A stretch of DNA of 64,000 nt from Latescibacteria bacterium UBA6620 (lineage in GTDB: Bacteria > Latescibacterota > UBA2968), in assembly GCA_002433075.1 (NCBI GenBank), contig DJHM01000042.1:2804-66803 (forward strand). The letters run 5' to 3'. The position numbers and the translations under genes were made by a program. The notes below the pieces were generated by a model. It worked only from the letters and a program-made list of their open reading frames with translations, was not told the DNA's origin and searched no databases. Shown here piece by piece: positions 60,128 through 64,000 of this stretch; within the stretch, counting starts at the first letter, position 1; each line of letters opens with the position of its first letter.

Positions 60128-61315
60128 ATGACGGATCGTAGACCACTCCTTGTCACCGTGGGGCACGCCGATGCCGACATCGTCGGATCGAATCATCGCG
60201 CACTCCAGTCGGCCGTCGACTACGTTGCCGGCCTCGGCGGCGGCGTTGTTCGCGTCGAGGCTGGACGCTACGAGATGCGGGATTCGCTTCATCTCCGGTC
60301 GAACGTCGTTCTCGAGAGTCGCGGAGCCGTCCTGGCCAAAGCCGACGCGGCCTCCAGCCCGCTGGTAATCGACGGGGACTACGGCGAAGAGCAGATTACG
60401 CTGGCCGACCCCACCGGTTTCCACGTAGGCGACGGCGTGAGTGTGGGAGACGACGCATCGGGAGGCTTCCATCACGTCGTAGCCACCCTGCTGTGGCAGG
60501 ACGGATCGACGTTCGGAGTTAGCAAGCCGATGAACGGTGATTACCTCGTGTCCAGGAACGCTCGCGCGGCCACGACGTTTCCCGTCATCAGTGGTTACCA
60601 CGTCGAGGGTGTGTCCATCTCAGGCTTCGAGATTCAGGGGAACAGGGGAAACAACGAGTACCTCACGGGTTGCCGGGGAGCGGGCATCTTCCTCTATCGC
60701 AGTCACGGCACGAGGATCCGGGATTGCCGTGTGCTCGACTACGCCGGGGATGGCATCAGCTTTCAGCAGAGTCACGGCGTTACAGTCGAAGACTGCCTGT
60801 CGGAAGGCAATACGCATCTCGGCCTCCATCCTGGCAGCGGCAGCGGCTCACCCGAAATCCGTCGGTGCCGATCTCAGAAGAACGGCCAGACCGGGCTGTT
60901 CCTCTGTTGGCGCGTCAAGCACGGCGTCTTCGAAGACAACCAACTCCTAGACAACGGGCGAACGGGGATTTCGATCGGTCACAAAGACACGGACAACCTG
61001 TTCACCCGGAACACGATCCGGGGTAACGGCCGCGAGGGGATTCTTTTCAGAGACGAATCGGAGCCGATGGCAGGACATCGGAATCGATTCATCGGCAACG
61101 ACGTCGTCGGGAATGGATCCGCCGAAGATGGATGCGGGGTCCGCATCCTCGGACACACACACGACCTCGTGTTCGAGCAGAATCGCATCACAGACGACGA
61201 ATCGGGGGTTCAGACAATCGCCCTCTACGTCGGCAGCCACGCCGAGACACCTCGACTCGATGAGAACGAAGTCGCCGGCGCAATCGTCGACGAAACCGAA
61301 CAGGTCGACGCATGA
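60128..61315 (+). CDS. Right-handed parallel beta-helix protein
   Basis: 'ALQSAVD..GGGVV...GRY' entry motif and repeated N-G-x-x-G-I coils. Confidence 0.85.
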   Translation: MTDRRPLLVTVGHADADIVGSNHRALQSAVDYVAGLGGGVVRVEAGRYEMRDSLHLRSNVVLESRGAVLAKADAASSPLVIDGDYGEEQITLADPTGFHVGDGVSVGDDASGGFHHVVATLLWQDGSTFGVSKPMNGDYLVSRNARAATTFPVISGYHVEGVSISGFEIQGNRGNNEYLTGCRGAGIFLYRSHGTRIRDCRVLDYAGDGISFQQSHGVTVEDCLSEGNTHLGLHPGSGSGSPEIRRCRSQKNGQTGLFLCWRVKHGVFEDNQLLDNGRTGISIGHKDTDNLFTRNTIRGNGREGILFRDESEPMAGHRNRFIGNDVVGNGSAEDGCGVRILGHTHDLVFEQNRITDDESGVQTIALYVGSHAETPRLDENEVAGAIVDETEQVDA

Positions 61316-62862
61316 CCTTCGTTGTCGCCCTCTGCCTTCTGTTTGTCCCTTCCGCGCAAGCCGATAGCGAGCTGGCCGAGAGGAACGCCACCCTTGCTCA
61401 CGCTGCGCTGGGACAGGCGCACGATCTGCTCGTTGTCTGGACCGGTCGCAAGGATTCAGAGTCCAGTCTGCTGCGATCCGGTGAGGGCGGAAACCGCTGG
61501 ACCGTCGCCACCACCGCCGCTGAACTGTATACATCCCTCGTTGTCGCCGCCTGGCTCACCGACACCCCCCTCTACGAGGGTCTTCTCAGGGAAACGCTAC
61601 GCGACGAAATCAGGCTGACTTCGCGTCTTGCCGCGTTGCCCGACGACTACGACCTGAACCGCAGGCGGTTCAGAAGATCCACAACCGACTCGGAACGAAT
61701 TGTGGACGGTGCCGCGCGATATGCAGAGGGCCTTTCGCAGACCTCCGCGCTGACCGGCCCCGGCCCCTGGTCGGAGCGAATGCGTTCGATTGTCGACGCT
61801 GTCTTTCTCCGTGCCGATGTGGTCAGCGGCTACGCAGAAGGCCCACTCCCCTCCGATCGGGCAGCCGTCAACGGTCGATACCTCAAGTTGCTCCCCCTTC
61901 TGGCCATGGCAACAGGCGATGAGGGATATCTCTATTACGCCCGGCGAATCGGTGACGCCTACTGCGTCGGAATCTTCCCCGGGAACGAGGGGCTTCCTGC
62001 GGACCGGTGGGATTTCGTCGCCGACAAACCCCGGGACCGCGAATGGACGCTTGACGGCGGCGGTGCAGCGTTGGTGGAAGGCCTTATCGATCTCTACGAG
62101 ACCGAAATTAGGGACGGATCGCCTCGCGCAGAGATCTACCGACCCGCCATCGCCAGGGTCTTTGACATCCTCTTTCGCCAGGGACAGACCACCGGGAATC
62201 GCCTGTCCTATCGGATCGAAACCGACGGAAGGGGAGGGTTCAACATCGACCGACGGCGGGCAAGTTCCCACGAATCGCGTTTTCTCGCTGCGGCAGCCCG
62301 GTTCAGTACTCTTAGCGGCAACCCGACATACTTCAGGCTGGCGACGGAGGCAGCCTCCAGTCTCGCATCCGAAGATGAAATTTCGCTCCAAGACCTTGAC
62401 CTGCTTGCCGTTGAGATCGGCACGGAAAAACTTCTCGCACGCACGAGGGCGGACGTGGAACGGGCCGCACAGATCGCCCCGTCTTCACACATCGATGAAA
62501 GAGCCGACGCAAGACGCCTTCGCAGATTGACCACGCTGGCTACGGACGCCCAGGCAGGTGTCAGACTGACTCCCTGGCGTACCGACCTTCGGTGGGGTGC
62601 ATCGATCCAGGGCCACACACTTCACGTTTCACTAGCGTCGGATGAACCCTGGGAGGGGCAGATCCTCTTCGCTGAACCCCACGCGCTTTCCCAAGCCGGT
62701 TACCCTCGCCACTATCCGATCGATGCCGACACCAGATACGCCGTGCGATTCCCCAGCACGAACACATCCGCCGTCTGGCAGGGCAGCTACCTTGCCCGAG
62801 GCCTGTCCGTCGAGTTGGAAGGACAGCAGCCCCTCACCTTTTCGATCGTACGCCAACCGTAG
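61312..62862 (+). CDS. Hypothetical secreted protein
   Basis: 516-aa ORF, signal peptide ending SAQA-D, ATGA overlap with the upstream gene. Confidence 0.7.
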   Translation: MTFVVALCLLFVPSAQADSELAERNATLAHAALGQAHDLLVVWTGRKDSESSLLRSGEGGNRWTVATTAAELYTSLVVAAWLTDTPLYEGLLRETLRDEIRLTSRLAALPDDYDLNRRRFRRSTTDSERIVDGAARYAEGLSQTSALTGPGPWSERMRSIVDAVFLRADVVSGYAEGPLPSDRAAVNGRYLKLLPLLAMATGDEGYLYYARRIGDAYCVGIFPGNEGLPADRWDFVADKPRDREWTLDGGGAALVEGLIDLYETEIRDGSPRAEIYRPAIARVFDILFRQGQTTGNRLSYRIETDGRGGFNIDRRRASSHESRFLAAAARFSTLSGNPTYFRLATEAASSLASEDEISLQDLDLLAVEIGTEKLLARTRADVERAAQIAPSSHIDERADARRLRRLTTLATDAQAGVRLTPWRTDLRWGASIQGHTLHVSLASDEPWEGQILFAEPHALSQAGYPRHYPIDADTRYAVRFPSTNTSAVWQGSYLARGLSVELEGQQPLTFSIVRQP

Positions 62863-62975
62863 CCGCTCTTCAGGAACCCCACCCCTCTATCCGAGTTTAA
62901 GAAGGGTTGTCGCAGGAAGAGGCCGAACGAGCCGCTACCAGGATTCTGGTGCTGCGCCACCCATTCGGGGCTGCT

Positions 62976-63116
62976 GTGAACCGATTTTTTTCACTCACCG
63001 CTTCGCTTCTGCTTATGGCGTGTGGGTCGACGGACGAGGGGCCGTTCGTCTCGAAGCCCGACGAAAACACGCCGGACGAGCCCGGTCAACCATCACTGAG
63101 GCGGGGCGTTGGCTGA
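62976..63116 (+). CDS. Putative 46-aa lipoprotein or truncated lipoprotein remnant
   Basis: MNRFFSLTASLLLMA-CGSTDEGPF...; lipobox LMAC. Confidence 0.4.
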   Translation: MNRFFSLTASLLLMACGSTDEGPFVSKPDENTPDEPGQPSLRRGVG

Positions 63117-63120
63117 CCGT

Positions 63121-64000
63121 TTACTGCGGGACGAACAGAAGACACACGCATTCGGGAATGTCAGTCACAGCCCCTGTAGGGGAGAGCGCTCCGGTATCTC
63201 TGTCGATCGCGAAGGTCGTCGTCTTGTTCGAGTTGGATCCTGCCGACAACAGGAAGGACCCACTCGGGTCGATCGCGAAATTCCTCGGCACAGGTTCGAC
63301 ATCCGTACGGGCAACGAACTCGATCGCGCCCGTGGCCTCATCGATGCTGTAGCACGCGATCGTGTTGTGCCCTCTGTTGGACCCGTAGACGAACTTCCCG
63401 TTCGGATGAACGTGAACGTCCGCGGTCGAGAAACCCTGCTCGACCTCTCCGGGCAACGTAGACAGAGTGTTGATCTCCTCGAGCGACCCGAATTTAGGGT
63501 CGTAACTCAGTGCGCTCATCGTGCATCCGATCTCGTTAATGAGATACGCATTCTTTCCATTTGGATGGAAATCGAAGTGTCGGGGACCGGCGCCAGGCGC
63601 CGTATCCAGATATCCGGCCGGGCGCAGCTTCCCACGGTTAATTTCGATCTCGTAAATCACCACCTGGTCCATCCCCAGATCTGCCAGATAGGCAAACCGG
63701 TTCTGCGCATCGATGTTGACCGAGTGCGCGTACGGGCCCTGCTGCCTTTCTAGAATGCTCGATCCCGAATGCTGAATCTTCTCGGTCGCCTCACCCAATC
63801 GGCCGTCGCTCCCCGTGGGGTAGACGGATACCGTTCCGGATGTGTAGTTGGCCACGATCAGGAAAGCGCCGGTCGCATCACACATCAGGTGACAAGGCGC
63901 CGCACCGTGGGATGGCTGCTCGTTCAAATGGGTCAGCCCGCCTCCACTCCCGATCTCGTAGGCAGTGACCGCGCCCACGTCGTCCTCGTTTGCCGCGTAG
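63121..64000 (-). CDS. 6-phosphogluconolactonase-family (beta-propeller lactonase); 5' end lies outside the window
   Basis: VANYTSG, DLGMD, GAGPRH, YGSNRGHN, PRNFAID. Confidence 0.9.
   Translation of the reverse strand, partial: YAANEDDVGAVTAYEIGSGGGLTHLNEQPSHGAAPCHLMCDATGAFLIVANYTSGTVSVYPTGSDGRLGEATEKIQHSGSSILERQQGPYAHSVNIDAQNRFAYLADLGMDQVVIYEIEINRGKLRPAGYLDTAPGAGPRHFDFHPNGKNAYLINEIGCTMSALSYDPKFGSLEEINTLSTLPGEVEQGFSTADVHVHPNGKFVYGSNRGHNTIACYSIDEATGAIEFVARTDVEPVPRNFAIDPSGSFLLSAGSNSNKTTTFAIDRDTGALSPTGAVTDIPECVCLLFVPQ

Overview
GC-rich bacterial chromosomal window. The gene mix (DUF6785-type membrane protein, DUF3604, several Gfo/Idh/MocA oxidoreductases, a PhyH dioxygenase, a FlgD-Ig C-terminal fragment) suggests a Latescibacterota/FCB-type organism, but this is inference only. 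The left half is intact housekeeping: sucA-sucB-lpdA; a branched-chain amino acid operon (ilvN-ilvC-leuACDB, cimA) behind a classical Leu/Ile/Val ribosome-stalling attenuator; alaC-like, argJ, aspC-like and accA; then ecfT-truA-htrA-psd-pssA-tatA-gatAB. The right half is accessory (sugar ABC transporter, MATE, VKOR-DsbA, amidohydrolases, Rieske protein, trxB, speD, oxidoreductases) and contains many broken genes. Main signals the ORF track misses: (1) an ArsC-family gene whose catalytic Cys codon is an in-frame TGA followed by a hairpin, i.e. a selenoprotein; (2) a ~500-nt unit between accA and a dead comEC, bounded by a promoter and a terminator, with no convincing ORF and nine nested long-range helices, i.e. 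a candidate large structured ncRNA; (3) a small GIY-YIG nuclease gene inside inverted REP-like palindromes with an 'empty' copy of the same element immediately upstream, i.e. a candidate nuclease-mobilised repeat system; (4) extra uORF/structured leaders before leuA and cimA. No rRNA, tRNA or CRISPR array was seen. All calls are by eye, without database searches.
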